Origin: Lingula anatina
Lineage: Eukaryota > Animalia > Brachiopoda
Direction: 5' to 3'
Length of the DNA stretch: 64,000 bases
Assembly: GCA_051362555.1 (NCBI GenBank)
Contig: CM120642.1
Coordinates: forward strand, 32,550,001-32,614,000
Of this stretch, positions 35,901-55,142 are shown piece after piece (position 1 is the stretch's first letter; each line of letters starts with the position of its first letter). Below the pieces are notes generated by a model. That model saw only the letters and a program-made list of their open reading frames with translations. It searched no databases and was not told the origin of the DNA. The position numbers and the translations under genes were made by a program.

Positions 35901-38900
35901 ACAATAAAATGTTTCTTTGAACTTTAAGATACACATTCCACGCCGTATGCAGCAGTGACAGAAGTGACCTTCATGCGGCACAAAACACTCTAAGCAAACT
36001 ACAGGCCAATTTGTAAAAGGGGACACCTTCCGGACCTTCATACTGACAAAGCTGATTGACAAAAAGAAATATTTCAAATTTTCAGCGAGAGATCGTTTGC
36101 AATCCGAGAGAGACCAGGGCTCCGTATCTCGAAAGGTTCGCTATGTTGCGCACGTGTGCAAGCGTCTCGATTCCATGGCCCCGTATCTCGAAAGAATCGG
36201 TTATGGAAACGAGACACTTGCGCACGTGCGAAAGCGTCTCGATTCCATGGACCCGTATCTCGAAAGAATCGGTTATGGAATCGAGACACTTGCGCACGTG
36301 CGCAACATAGCGAACCTTTCGAGATACGGATCCCAGGTGGCAATTTTCATATTTGTTAAAGAGACTTCGTAAGCCACAGGGCGAGACGAGAACGCAATTT
36401 TCGTATCGTCATCGGGAGATCGTTTGCAATCCGGGTGAAACGAGAAAGCTCATACTCGTTCGGTGGCTTTCGTTTGCGGAAGATCGTCAGCCGGAGATCG
36501 TTCTCGATTGTTTTTAACCCTCCCTCCCCATTGGAATTTATAATTTTTAAAAAAAATTTCATTTCATTTGTACATTTCAAGGGACTTCATTAGCGGAAGA
36601 TCGTCAGCGGGAGACCGTGAACGATCTGAGCGAGACAAGAAAGCAATAATGGTAATCTTTATTGCAGCTCTTAATATTGCTCTTTTGTTCTGTTACTGAA
36701 GTCTCTACTGTTAACAATGCTATTGTGCGCCTCAGCAAAACTACCGATCGCTATCTCACACCAAATACTATGGTAAAGAAACAACAGCCCGACAGTACAA
36801 CTCTTAATAGATTCTCCTGTTATCTGAATGAATGGATATGACGATGTTGTTTAGCGTCCTAAACTAACTGTACCGATCGTTATCTTGCACCTTGGGCCGC
36901 ACACGTAGTACTTAGGTAAAGGTACGCTAGGGCAACATTGCCGACTGTTAGATCTTTATAAGCGCGAAAATAGCCCGGTGGCCGATTTTAAGGTGTACGA
37001 AATTCACAAAATCAAGATCGCACAAAATTGCTTACTGGCCGAAATTCATGGTCCAGAAAAAACTCCAGATAGCCGATTTTAAGATCGTTCGAAATTCAAG
37101 AGCCGTTCGAAATTCATGGCACTTTACCGTAAATACCAGGAAAATGTATGAATAAAAACTGCTCCTTTTCTTTCATTTTGAACGAGATATCACTATCACA
37201 TTCTTGGTTCTTGATCAATAACTTAGAGCTTGATGTATAATCTATTCCTTAATATCAAATTAAATCCTCTCTGCTTGTTGATAAGGAAAGTTTGAAGATG
37301 CATTCAATGTCATACTGCTTCAACTTAAGTCAATAATTATCCAACACAAATTATCAGATACGTTATCACAAACTGCTTTAGAAGAAGTTGTGGAAGTGCT
37401 GTGACATCTTTCAAACCTATTTCTGATTTGACTCGATAGGGGTCTGAAAACAACCAGCTTTCACAAGTCAATCATGTAGTTATCTTCTATTTGCTCACCT
37501 GTTTATCAGAAGCGACAGTCATCTTCGCCAGGAGATCAATGGTATGCTGAGGGGTCATGGGAACTGCATGGCTGGAATCACGCGGCTGGACGATACTGGA
37601 ATGACAAATATTATACTTTATAGAGAGCATTCACAACAAAGTGGACCTGCGGGCTAAATAGTGTGCGTATCAAATATGGCACACACTTGATAATGGATTC
37701 CTGCCTCCATCCCAGCAGGGGCAGAGCAATCTTGGGATGCTTTCTAGTGGGTGGTGCCATATTTGATCAGCCAATCTGTTAGTCCACAGATCAAGTTGTT
37801 CTAAATGCGCCCATAATTTCAGTGTTTACTCATTTTGCTATCATATCCATGTATAAAACTGTGTCTCTTCAGAAGAAGGGCAAACTGGGTGACAAATGTA
37901 TAGGTTCATGAAATGGAACTGTAACCTATTCTTTTTTTGGGTTCTTTAGTTCACTTTAAAAAATATCAAGAGCAACCCTTCAAAATAATATCATAATTGG
38001 TTTTAGAAAATATCATACACAACCTAAAATACATGCAAGACAATTTATATAATATATGGATTCTAGTTCTGAGAAGTTAAAATAAAGAGACACCTACACA
38101 TAGTGACTGAATTGATCTCAGTAAGTATAGTGCTTGAGCAGTTCTTCTTTTAAACAGAATGGATTATGTGTAGAGAAGTAAGAATTTGGAATTTACATCA
38201 TAGCATTGTCCCTTTTTGAAACTGGACTGCCAGTTCTGAAACCAAAATCTGTATCACTAATCAATTCAGGAACTAGCTCCTTAAAGGCTTTAAGAATTTC
38301 CGTTACCGAAATCAAAGTGCCTACAGGTAAACATGTGTTCACAGTATCATAACAGAGGGTACCTGTTGCCCTTTGTCACCTGTTTACATTGTTGAACAAA
38401 AGAAAGCACACTCAGCAATTCAACGCCATGAAAAGTATTGGCTTGTGATGTGGTTGTTCTGTTGTTTACGTACTCCACATTGTAACAGCCAAGGTCCACA
38501 ATCACCTACATCTTACACCATAATAACTTTCCACCTGGCTACTGACTAGGGGGAATTCTGTTTGATGCCCTGTTACATGAAGCTGGTCTTTAGAATAGTA
38601 ATCAATTGGTCAAATTTCAAAAGCAATACCGTTTGGAATAAATCACGTATTAAGTAAATAAGTGTATTGTGTAAAGTATGATCCAATGTAACTCTTTGTT
38701 TACTTCTGTACTTTGAAACAAGAAATATTTTGGAAGTATTTTGGTTATGTTAAAAACACCAGTGTGGTGTACTGTATCACATACATACAGTATTCAAGGG
38801 GAAGTGGACAACATGAATTTTGAATTTTTAATAACCATGAAAAAGGGATGGCTCTTTGGCAGGGCTATTCTCAGGACTGGGGGGTACAGTCCATCCAAAA

Positions 38901-41900
38901 TTACCACCCTGTAATTTCCTACAAAATTGCAGGGAGTTAAAGTATGCCTAAAGCTGTCATATTTCCAAGTTGGATCGATCTATGTTGAAAAATAGCTTTA
39001 GTGGAAATGAGCCCAAAGAATGAGCTGACTACTGATGGGGGCACTTATCAATTGACCACTGTGGACTACTAGTATACTCTTTGCCAGACGCCACCTGCAT
39101 AATGACATTATTTCTGAGCAAAAATTCAGTGCACAGAATAAAGCAGAAAAATATGTCTGAATGTATATAATGTTAAATCTCCGTGCAACCCTGGGTAAGG
39201 GTACTTGAACCACTTGAAACAAATGTATCACTAAAATACATTAAGAGCTGTTGCTATGGGCTTACTAATCGTGTCTATCATGGTTACAGCACATTATCCA
39301 TTCAAACCCCTTTATTTATCTGTACAATAGATCTTTTAATCCTTTTTAAAAAACTTTTTACAAACATGTTTTGTATGCTAAAAATATCAAAATGTAATGT
39401 GTAAATACTTCCCATTTGAACGCACTCAAAAATGCCTCAAACATTTACTGTTATACAAAACTCACGGCTTAAACTCAATTATTGAAATGTCATGTGGGCA
39501 GGTGTCTTATTTTTTAACCTCCTAAAAAAAAATAATGCTGCCAGTAACTAAAACAATTAGCTTAGATTTAAGCGACTTCATTTATCATTTATCTAGACTA
39601 GTATATACTAGAATCACAACAAAATCCAGGTTTGAGGGTAAACTAAAAAATATGTTTAGAACTGTTAACTTTCTAACAACTTTGGATATAAATTTTTGGC
39701 TGCCTTCTCTGAATCAAGAACCAACCAAACTACAAGTACTTTGTCTGGTGGGTTCAAATGTTAATTAACTACGTACCAGTTTACATATATGAGACAACTC
39801 AAACTTCAAACTCTGAATTAACCTGATATGCTCTAATGGCAATTTAATTCTCAGTTTGGTAGACAAAGTTCACATTTGAAAAGGCAAATAGTTAATAGTA
39901 GGATTTAAAATAAAGTTAAGTTCCTCAGTATAATGAAATTTTGTTAAGTTCCAATCTTTCTAGAAACGACTTATAAATATTTTCTAGATACTACACAATA
40001 TCTGATATATGTAGGTCATACAATTCTTTATTTATGTTTTAAAACATTTTCACTAAATTGCCATCGACTTCAAAAATAACTGGACAAGCAAGACTGACTG
40101 TAGAACAGCTGCCATTTGCTAACACAGAGCAGGTTGGTTTTACTAGTTATCATTTTACATGCATTTAGCATTGAAGTAGTGTATATATATATATATATAT
40201 ATATTACACTGCGGTTATTCTTCTCCCTTCCCTTTCCCTCCCCCTGCAAATGGCCCCAGCACAACCATGGTTTTGAAAGTGAAAAGTCACCCAGACACTA
40301 GTCAGGGGCGTAACCAGGCATACGGATGCACTGTGCGTACAATTTTTGAGCCAACCATGATATTATTCTCCATAAATTTAGTGTATTTTTCACGGAATAT
40401 AATCGTACCTGGGAATTTTCAAAATCTGTGCGTACAATTTTAAAATGTCTGGTTACGCCCCTGCTAGTAAGCATACTGCTGTCATGGTCTTAACAGGTAA
40501 ATTAATACATCGTTTAACAGAAAAAACTCTGCAGTATGTCAAATGGCATAAATGCCTTACAGTGAGCAAATGTCTAAGATGGCCAGAGGGCTTTCGATAA
40601 CACTCAAACAGATTTAGATCTTTAGAGATTTTACAGAAGAAAGATCAAAGTTAAGCCTCATGGATTTTCCTGTACTCTTTCTAGTATTAAAACTGAGTTT
40701 GCAGGTGGGAGATGAAGAGGTGACGTATGTCTAAAGCTTGTCATTTACACTTAAGACAAATATTAACTTAAGATGGGAATAAAAGAGAGCAAAAGAAGTG
40801 TATTCTTGATCTTAAAATAAATGTGGTCTTACGTGTTAAAGGTTTTTGCTGTAACAACAGGGCTGTGTTCACGAGTTCACTATGTATACAACAGCCACGA
40901 GAGTGTCTTAATGCTAAACTGCTCCACAAATACAGAAACCATTTAATCCCTGGGAGATTGTTTTTCATGTTGTTCTACCTCAGCAGAGTGAGACTCCCTT
41001 CAAAAACATGTATTTGTAAGAAGCACCATACCAAAAAATCTGTTCACTGGGCTCTAACATGTGCACTAGTAAGAATTTTAGCCATAATATATGGGAAAAT
41101 AAATGAGGCCATTTTACTGAGCACCAGCATATCCCATTTCCATTTAAATTGTAAATATACTACTAGGTTATTTCACTGACCATGACATCTGTATTTAGGG
41201 AAAACTTTAACAGTCATTCACAAGATCTGTAAGTCTCCATCTAACAACCTTAGTTTAAGTGTAGTTTGCAAGTAAATTCTCACTGATAAAATTTCAACAG
41301 GTCTGAAGCTTTTTATAACCTAAATTGCCAGCAGCCAGAGGGGGGAGGTTAATATTTTTATGTCAGCAAGAACTTTCCATTTGCAGGGAGGTCTGCCCCA
41401 AACTTAATGCAATTTCTCAGGTTAGGTCAACTAGGGGTAAAAAGGTCTACTTTTTCAGACTCCCGCCCTCCTCCCCCCCCCCATCCTCTTTGAAATTGCT
41501 GCGTACAGGTCAAAGCTTTCATAGCATGACTGTCCTCAGTCAAACAGTGTTCATTAGACTGTAGGTACAGACCATCTACTAAAGGAGCTACGTTGCACTA
41601 CAGTCAATATCCTGAAATCTGGGTATTTTCTGGTTACTAACAACCCCTATGCAGAATTATACAAATGTGCTTCACCTGGGTTAATCTTTGATCAATTACA
41701 ACAAAGATCAGTACCATTTCAAACACTCTGTAGATATTTGCCCCCAAGACCACACCTGCGTGTTAAAGTGGCAAGAACTACATAACCATGCTGCCATGTA
41801 ACTCTCTGTAAATATTGATGATGATTGATCTTTCTCCTTAAGTTGAGCAGGTATCACAAACAGATCAATAGCTTAAGCTGCACAATCCCTGCTCTCTAAA

Positions 41901-43238
41901 CAAGAACTGGGCTACTTAATTATGCATCAATCTCACATTTAACACTTACAAAATGCTTTAAAGGGATTAAAATATATCTTTTATCATTTTACACAGTGAA
42001 GTATGGCAATTAACAATGCCTTTTTAAAAATGAGTCATTCTCAAATGTTTTATTTAATCACAATTTAGGTAATTAATTACAATGCACCAGGCTATTGAAT
42101 CATGACTGCATCCTATCATCTGGAAATTATCGAACTAAATGTTGCTTTGGGGTCATTTAGAAACATACTAATACATATTTCAGATGAGGATAAGACTTTG
42201 TCTAAATTTTTCAAAAACAATCATGTCATCTTTTACACATAACAGTGTATATATATATATACATATATTAAAAAAATAATTAAGAATCCGATTTAAACTG
42301 GATAAAATGTATACTTTGAAGACCAGTACTGCCCTAACATTCTATATATACATTTTAACATTATTTCATTTAATTCACCAAGACATATAAATATCAATTA
42401 TTGAAAGGAACACTTACTTGACCACTGGCATTCCAGGGGGCTGGCGTAGCACCTTGGGGGACGCCGACATGGGGTAGGGTACGCCATCACGCACACCCAC
42501 CTTGGTGGGTGTTAGCGTCACATTATAATTCTGTCCCTTACTAGAACGTTCCCCAAAACTCGACTGTCCCTTGTCATAGTCATGATCATATTTTATGGCA
42601 CGCGAGGTTGTTTTGTACTTATATCCATCCTGATTACTGCTTTGATTGACGTGTATGAGTTCTGGAGGGGTGCAGCTCTTTGGTTCCTGGTAGCCTGCAC
42701 CGATGGCAAAATTCTGCTCAAAAGTCTGAGTCTGAGCCTGCTGGAGGTACTGTCTATAAAGTTTACCTGACAGCCCCCTCACAGGAACTTGACAGGTATG
42801 GTGTTTTCTATATTGTTCTATGTACTTTCTAATATCATAGTAATGTCTGAATTTAAAATCGATTTCTTTTTGTCTTCCGTGAGGGTCTCTCCAGTTTGCC
42901 GGTGCACCATGTGAGCTGTCCTCCTTCTTTTTGGATGTGCCATTGTTATTGTTGTTAATTTCTTTCTCTGGACGACGTAAAGCAAAACCGGTTCTAGGGA
43001 TCCACTCACAAATCTCTGTTTGGGATTGCACAGAATTTTTGCTGGTATTGCCTTTCCTTGGAGTTTTGATTTGAGTATTGGTTTGAGCAGTTTTGTCCAG
43101 ATTTTCATCTGCATCAAATAATTGTTCCTGTATCTTTCTGTCCAGAAAGAAGTTGTATTCATGATTGGCCTCGTTCCTCTCATCAGTTGACATGACTGTG
43201 TGTCCACTGAAAGATGCTGGAAGACATATCTCCGGCAT
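28221..43238 (-). CDS. Uncharacterised ~820-aa protein (largely low-complexity, S/T/K/N-rich)
   Basis: Exons 43238-42418, 37595-37499, 33241-32474, 30560-30531 (30-nt microexon) and 28967-28221 join in phase to 2463 nt with GT-AG sites. Probable 5' non-coding exon ends at 43858, with an acceptor at 43289. AATAAA on minus near 27210. No recognisable domain. Confidence 0.7.
34969..35070 (+). mobile_element. Left end of a hAT-like element (same family as 40303-40463)
   Basis: CAGGGGCGTAACCAGGCATACG...GCCAACCATGATATTATTCTC is nearly identical to the sequence starting at 40303. Confidence 0.7.
36118..36333. mobile_element. 216-bp foldback MITE with CAG TSD (Harbinger-like) and internal 72-bp repeats
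   Basis: ~59-bp terminal inverted repeats (3 mismatches) with CAG on both sides; palindrome TTGCGCACGTGCGCAA at 36146, 36218 and 36290. Confidence 0.85.
40303..40463. mobile_element. hAT-like MITE (161 bp) with 5-bp TSD
   Basis: 15-bp TIR CAGGGGCGTAACCAG; CTAGT directly repeated at 40298-40302 and 40464-40468. Confidence 0.85.
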
Positions 43239-43857
43239 CTATGCTGCCTGTTGTATCAAATCCCACACCTCTTCTATACATAGGTGCACCTATAAGTTTT
43301 CAAGTTAACACAGATTTATGGATCATATAAACACCAAATAGCTTTAAAATTATAACAGTTTTAAAGCATTTTTTTTTCTCATATGTGAGAACAACACACA
43401 TAGGTTTTAACAAGACTGCAGTAACTTTTTTTGCACTACAAGATGATGGCAAAATAAAATAATCTTTTATCTACCTTTTTGCATTTTCTTTTGAATTAAT
43501 ACACCAATAAATTAATCACAATAAATTAAATACGCATAAATAAAGGCTCCTGAGCACTTTAAGTCTACAATAAATCCCATTCTACAATGCCTCTAGTCTT
43601 GGTGCGCTATGTGGCACCGATGCGAACCTCACTCCCTGCTACATCGCAAATGCTCACAAACGTTACTGGAAGCCGAGATTCAGGGTTCACAGTTCAGCGC
43701 ACTTTTTAATATGACTTTTACGACTCCAACAGACTTCCCCACAGTCGCGTGCCCCTAAACTAATAAAACACATTTACTGAAGTGTCCTTAAAGAACCGCA
43801 GTCGACAAAGAGAAGCAGCAAAAAGTGGGCAAATATTGACAAAACGGATTCACACAC

Positions 43858-44345
43858 CTTTCATGTGTCACTCCTGCCTGGCAACTGTTTAACCGTATGT
43901 GGATACTTGTGAATGTGGAGCATCGCTGTTGAATAAACCTCCCACCGGAAAGTGCAACTGGTCTTCATTCTTTCGCTTCATTCGTGCTTTTAAATGTCCA
44001 GTTTCGACTTCATATTTTACAATAAAAAAGTTTTTTGTTATGTTTTAATAAATAGATATTAATTTTGTTATCGAATTTTAAATAAGAAGTTTATATTCGC
44101 GTTCCCTGGGTTTTGCGACAGCTAAAAATGGTTTCACGCATGCGTATGAAAGCAGAAAAGCCATCATGGCGAACCGAAGTTATTGGTTGACAGTTTGTAG
44201 GATGTAAAAGGTGAGATAAAACTTAAATATCAATTAAATAGCGTTGTGGCTCTCAGCAAAGGAAGGAGACTTGAATATTCACCTAACGTTGAGGCACGAT
44301 TAAAAATTGGCGCATTGTAAAGACTGATAACGTGCATAGCAACGG
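43858..44345. promoter_or_regulatory. Bidirectional promoter region shared by the uncharacterised gene and INPP5E
   Basis: Divergent donor sites at 43857 (-) and 44211 (+). NRF1-like ACGCATGCGT 44136-44145, YY1-like CATGGCG 44165-44171, RFX X-box-like CCTGCCTGGCAAC 43873-43885 and CGTGCATAGCAAC 44331-44343. Confidence 0.55.
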
Positions 44346-44639
44346 TTGTTTACATCTTTGTCTCCACATTTTTTTTTCATCAGTGTTTTTGAATTACCTC
44401 TGTTCTGTAGTAGATTAAGTAGGCCGACAAATACTTTTATTACAACAAGAGCATTAATCGAAGAAACGTTTGAATAACTTTCATAAGCAGTATGTTGTAG
44501 TTACACCAGTAATAAGTCGTACAGACAAGCAGTGTTTATCTAATAACAACATTGCTAAAAAATAAAATCGATGGTACTAAGAGAGACTAAATCATCCCTA
44601 CAGTATGCCCCCCGTTTTGTCATTGTAGTGATACAGGTA

Positions 44640-52007
<7,368 letters not shown>

Positions 52008-55000
52008 TTTTATTGCTTGGTACAGTCAGTTTTGAACATGTCATGTTCACGAGTCAAAGAGGAATATTTAAATTAAGATTATAAAGAAAAAGAAATTTTA
52101 CAATCAATTGTAGTAAAATGTTATGTGTTGTTAGAATACTAGCAGTGTTTTTACATGAATGATTTAGATTTCACACGACAGTGCAATGTGGGCATTTGCT
52201 TCATTTTTATGATTTATATCATGTATGCAGCTGCTTGAATTTATTTATTTTGAAAATAAAAATCTGACTTTAACTGCATTAATAACATTGATGTGCTGGA
52301 AGATTAATTTTTTTTCTAGCAGATGTGATCTCTTCATCATTTTATGTACAAAGAAAAAAAAAACAACGAGCTTTGTTTTATATCATTGTTTTAATATATG
52401 TTTCTGTGATACCAAGGTATTTAAGACATAATTATGATGTATCAGTACATGTAGTTATGAACGTATAGGATTTTAATAATCTTTCATTAAAAGCATTGTT
52501 ATGCAACACAAAGTCTGCTTCACATAAAGTGTCAAACACATTCAGTTCACCAGGCTTGTTCTTTCTTGCCACTTTTGTTGCCATTGTTATTATTATGTTG
52601 TTAACCATACTCAACTAGAGAATAGAGAGTTAAAATTTATTGAAACTTTCTGAATAGACAAAGTGGTGTAGTTGTGGAGGCTACTGGTATTACCCTAGGT
52701 TCTAGATTTCAGCATTGCCAGCTTGATCTCGATTTCATATATAACCCATATCTGCAATACTGAAAGCTACCTTATCATGGAGGAAGATTATAGTGAGGAA
52801 GCTAGCTTTATAGTGCCCTGACACTTAGGGCAACTGGTTTGGACCTGTGTTACAAGGGTTTGAGGGCTCATTCCCAATGCCACAACTAGTATTGGTCCAC
52901 GTAAATGGATCCAACTAAGTGATCCAATATTCGCTATTTCAATGCAACAATGGAATTAAAGAATTTCAGTGGCAGAGATGGGAATGTACTCTGGTTCTCC
53001 TGTTAAAACAGTGGGATGTATGAGTATCGGAGAACTATGGTATTTTGACTGGTAAACATAATTGCTTATTACCCTCAAGGTTATATTTAGGATAATTTCA
53101 CAAAAAATGACTGGGACACAGCATTGCTTATTGTGTAATATTCACACAGTTCTTTCTTGTCCAATTATTTTCTTTGTTTTATACTTTAGGACCCTCCACC
53201 ATGAAAAAAATAAACAATAAGTAAAAAATGAACTAAAACAATTATGCAAATATTACACAAAATGTTTGTATTACTGGCGTGAGCAGGATCATCCCACTTT
53301 CAGTGGTATGTACCCCTGGAATAGCTCAGACCTCGAGAGAAGATCGTACACTTCGTTCACTGTATTGTTTTCTTTCAAATGTATCATTTTTCGTTATGAA
53401 ATCTGATATTAATAAATTATTCAATATTTTTTCAACTTATTGTCTTTGGGTGTGTTTTTTCGATTAAGGTTAGATCAGGGATCAACAATGGGAAGAACAA
53501 TGAATACCGGTGCTTAAAGGTAAAATGTACGCGCTTGAATGTTTCTCATAGTCATATTTTCTATGCCTTCATATCCTGCAATGCTAATCTTTCCAAATTC
53601 AGACCTTAAAAACTAGAAAAACCCTTCAAATAAAAGCACCTGGCGTCGATAGTTTCTCCTGCAATGTACAGAAAGACGTGACATTCAAAATGACTAGCGG
53701 GATGTGAAACTACAACAGACGGTGAACACAATTAATTCCGAGTCAGAGACAGATCACCGAGAATTTGTAAGCTTGGTTCTTCTACATCTTTTGCAAAACA
53801 TTATCTTGGACCTGTCATTATCGCTACTTGTACAGCCTACCGCTTAAGACATATCATCGTTTATGGTGTATAGCACAACACAGGTTAGCTTGCTTTTGTT
53901 GGTATTTTTATCGTCTCTGCATGAAATATTGATTTGAAAAACAATGCTATGTTAAGGAGAAAAAGAAAAAAAAAAGAAAAGAAATTAGAGTCTTGTTTTA
54001 TTTCAAATGCCGCACCATATACCGTGAAGATTCACCACCGGATACATGTACACTTTTTTCTCTATTTGTTTTTCGTTTGTTTTTGACGCAAAGTTATAGG
54101 CTAAGGTTATAGAAAATAAACATTGATCACAAAGTGAGTTATGCCTACATATTGTTAAAAAGCTGTATAACTACGACCTGGACCCTGTCCTATTTGTGCA
54201 TTATCCAGGCATGCCACGACGGGTAAGCCGCCACATTATGTTTTTTTTATGGCGCACAATGTACAAGAATGCTGAGCAGGTATTACAGGTGCATGTATTT
54301 AACTGCACTGGAGCCTGTTTATATTTATGTATTACTACGCAGTTGATCGCTGGTGTATACTGCTTTAGCCCAGTGAAGTGCGTTTCCTGCTATACTATAC
54401 TTTCTATACGGCAAAGACAACGACATCATAGAAAGAAGTTGCCTTCGTTTAAACGCCGAAATGGGTGGGGTTATACAGGCAGCCGCGTTGCTCCAAGGAG
54501 GGCTTGACATATCCACACTTCTCGTGTTTGTCATCGTGTTTTGCCTTGGAATATGGCTGCTAAGATCTTACACGGAGCCTAGGGTGAACTGGCCCCCGGG
54601 ACCCCGCCCTCTCCCCATCATTGGGAACCTGAACAAGCTGGGTAAACCCCGCCAAGTGGACGACCTGTACCCGCTCTTTGACCAGTACGGTGACATAGTA
54701 CACTTAAAGCTTGGACAGGTGCACGCCGTGGCACTGGGCAGTTATGACGTCATCTTTGAGGCGCTTGTCACCAAGAGTCACGCCTTCAGTGACAGACTAT
54801 TGAAAATATATATATTTTTTTTTTTTGAATTTTTTTTTTTTTTTATTGCAAATCTCAAATAAGTACAGATTTCAGCGAAAAATATAAAATTTATAAATAA
54901 CTAAATAAAAATCACACTCACTCTCTCACTCACTCACTCACAAAGAGACACTCAGTCATTTGCAATATATATATATATATAGTTACTGTGTCATTTAATA

Positions 55001-55142
55001 TATATGTCAACAACGATATATTGATAACCTAATAGTAAAATACTTAATAATACTTAATAAATAATATGATCTAATACAGATAAAAACAAATATGTGTTTT
55101 ACTATCAAATATCGGCAGGGGAACATACGCAGATAGAAGATA

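Larger units (their letters stand above)
33964..36910. mobile_element. Nested element with degenerate ~60-70-bp inverted termini (CACTG start, CACTA/EnSpm-like)
   Basis: 33964-34023 (CACTGTGTACGGCCCA..CTAGGGCTGCAAAACAACATCGT) resembles the reverse complement of 36841-36910. Internal 39-bp direct repeat (34030-34106) and repeated GATCGTCAGCGGGAGATCG motifs. Confidence 0.45.
33699..37129. mobile_element. Non-autonomous Tc1/mariner-pogo-type DNA transposon (3.4 kb) carrying nested insertions
   Basis: 25-bp TIR CGGTAA(T/A)GTGCCATGAATTTCGAAC (1 mismatch) flanked by TA on both sides; multiple subterminal GAAATTCA motifs; no transposase ORF. Confidence 0.85.

Noticed and set aside
36056-36372. CRISPR-like or coding reading of the 72-bp repeats (ORFs in several frames)
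   Set aside because: The spacers are near-identical rather than unique, there are no cas genes and the context is eukaryotic. TIRs and a CAG TSD indicate a MITE.
52660-53850. Possible SINE, LTR 3' end (..GGGATCAACA) and TTAA-flanked Kolobok-like MITE (53514-53847)
   Set aside because: Termini are too degenerate and there is no second copy in the window to confirm them.
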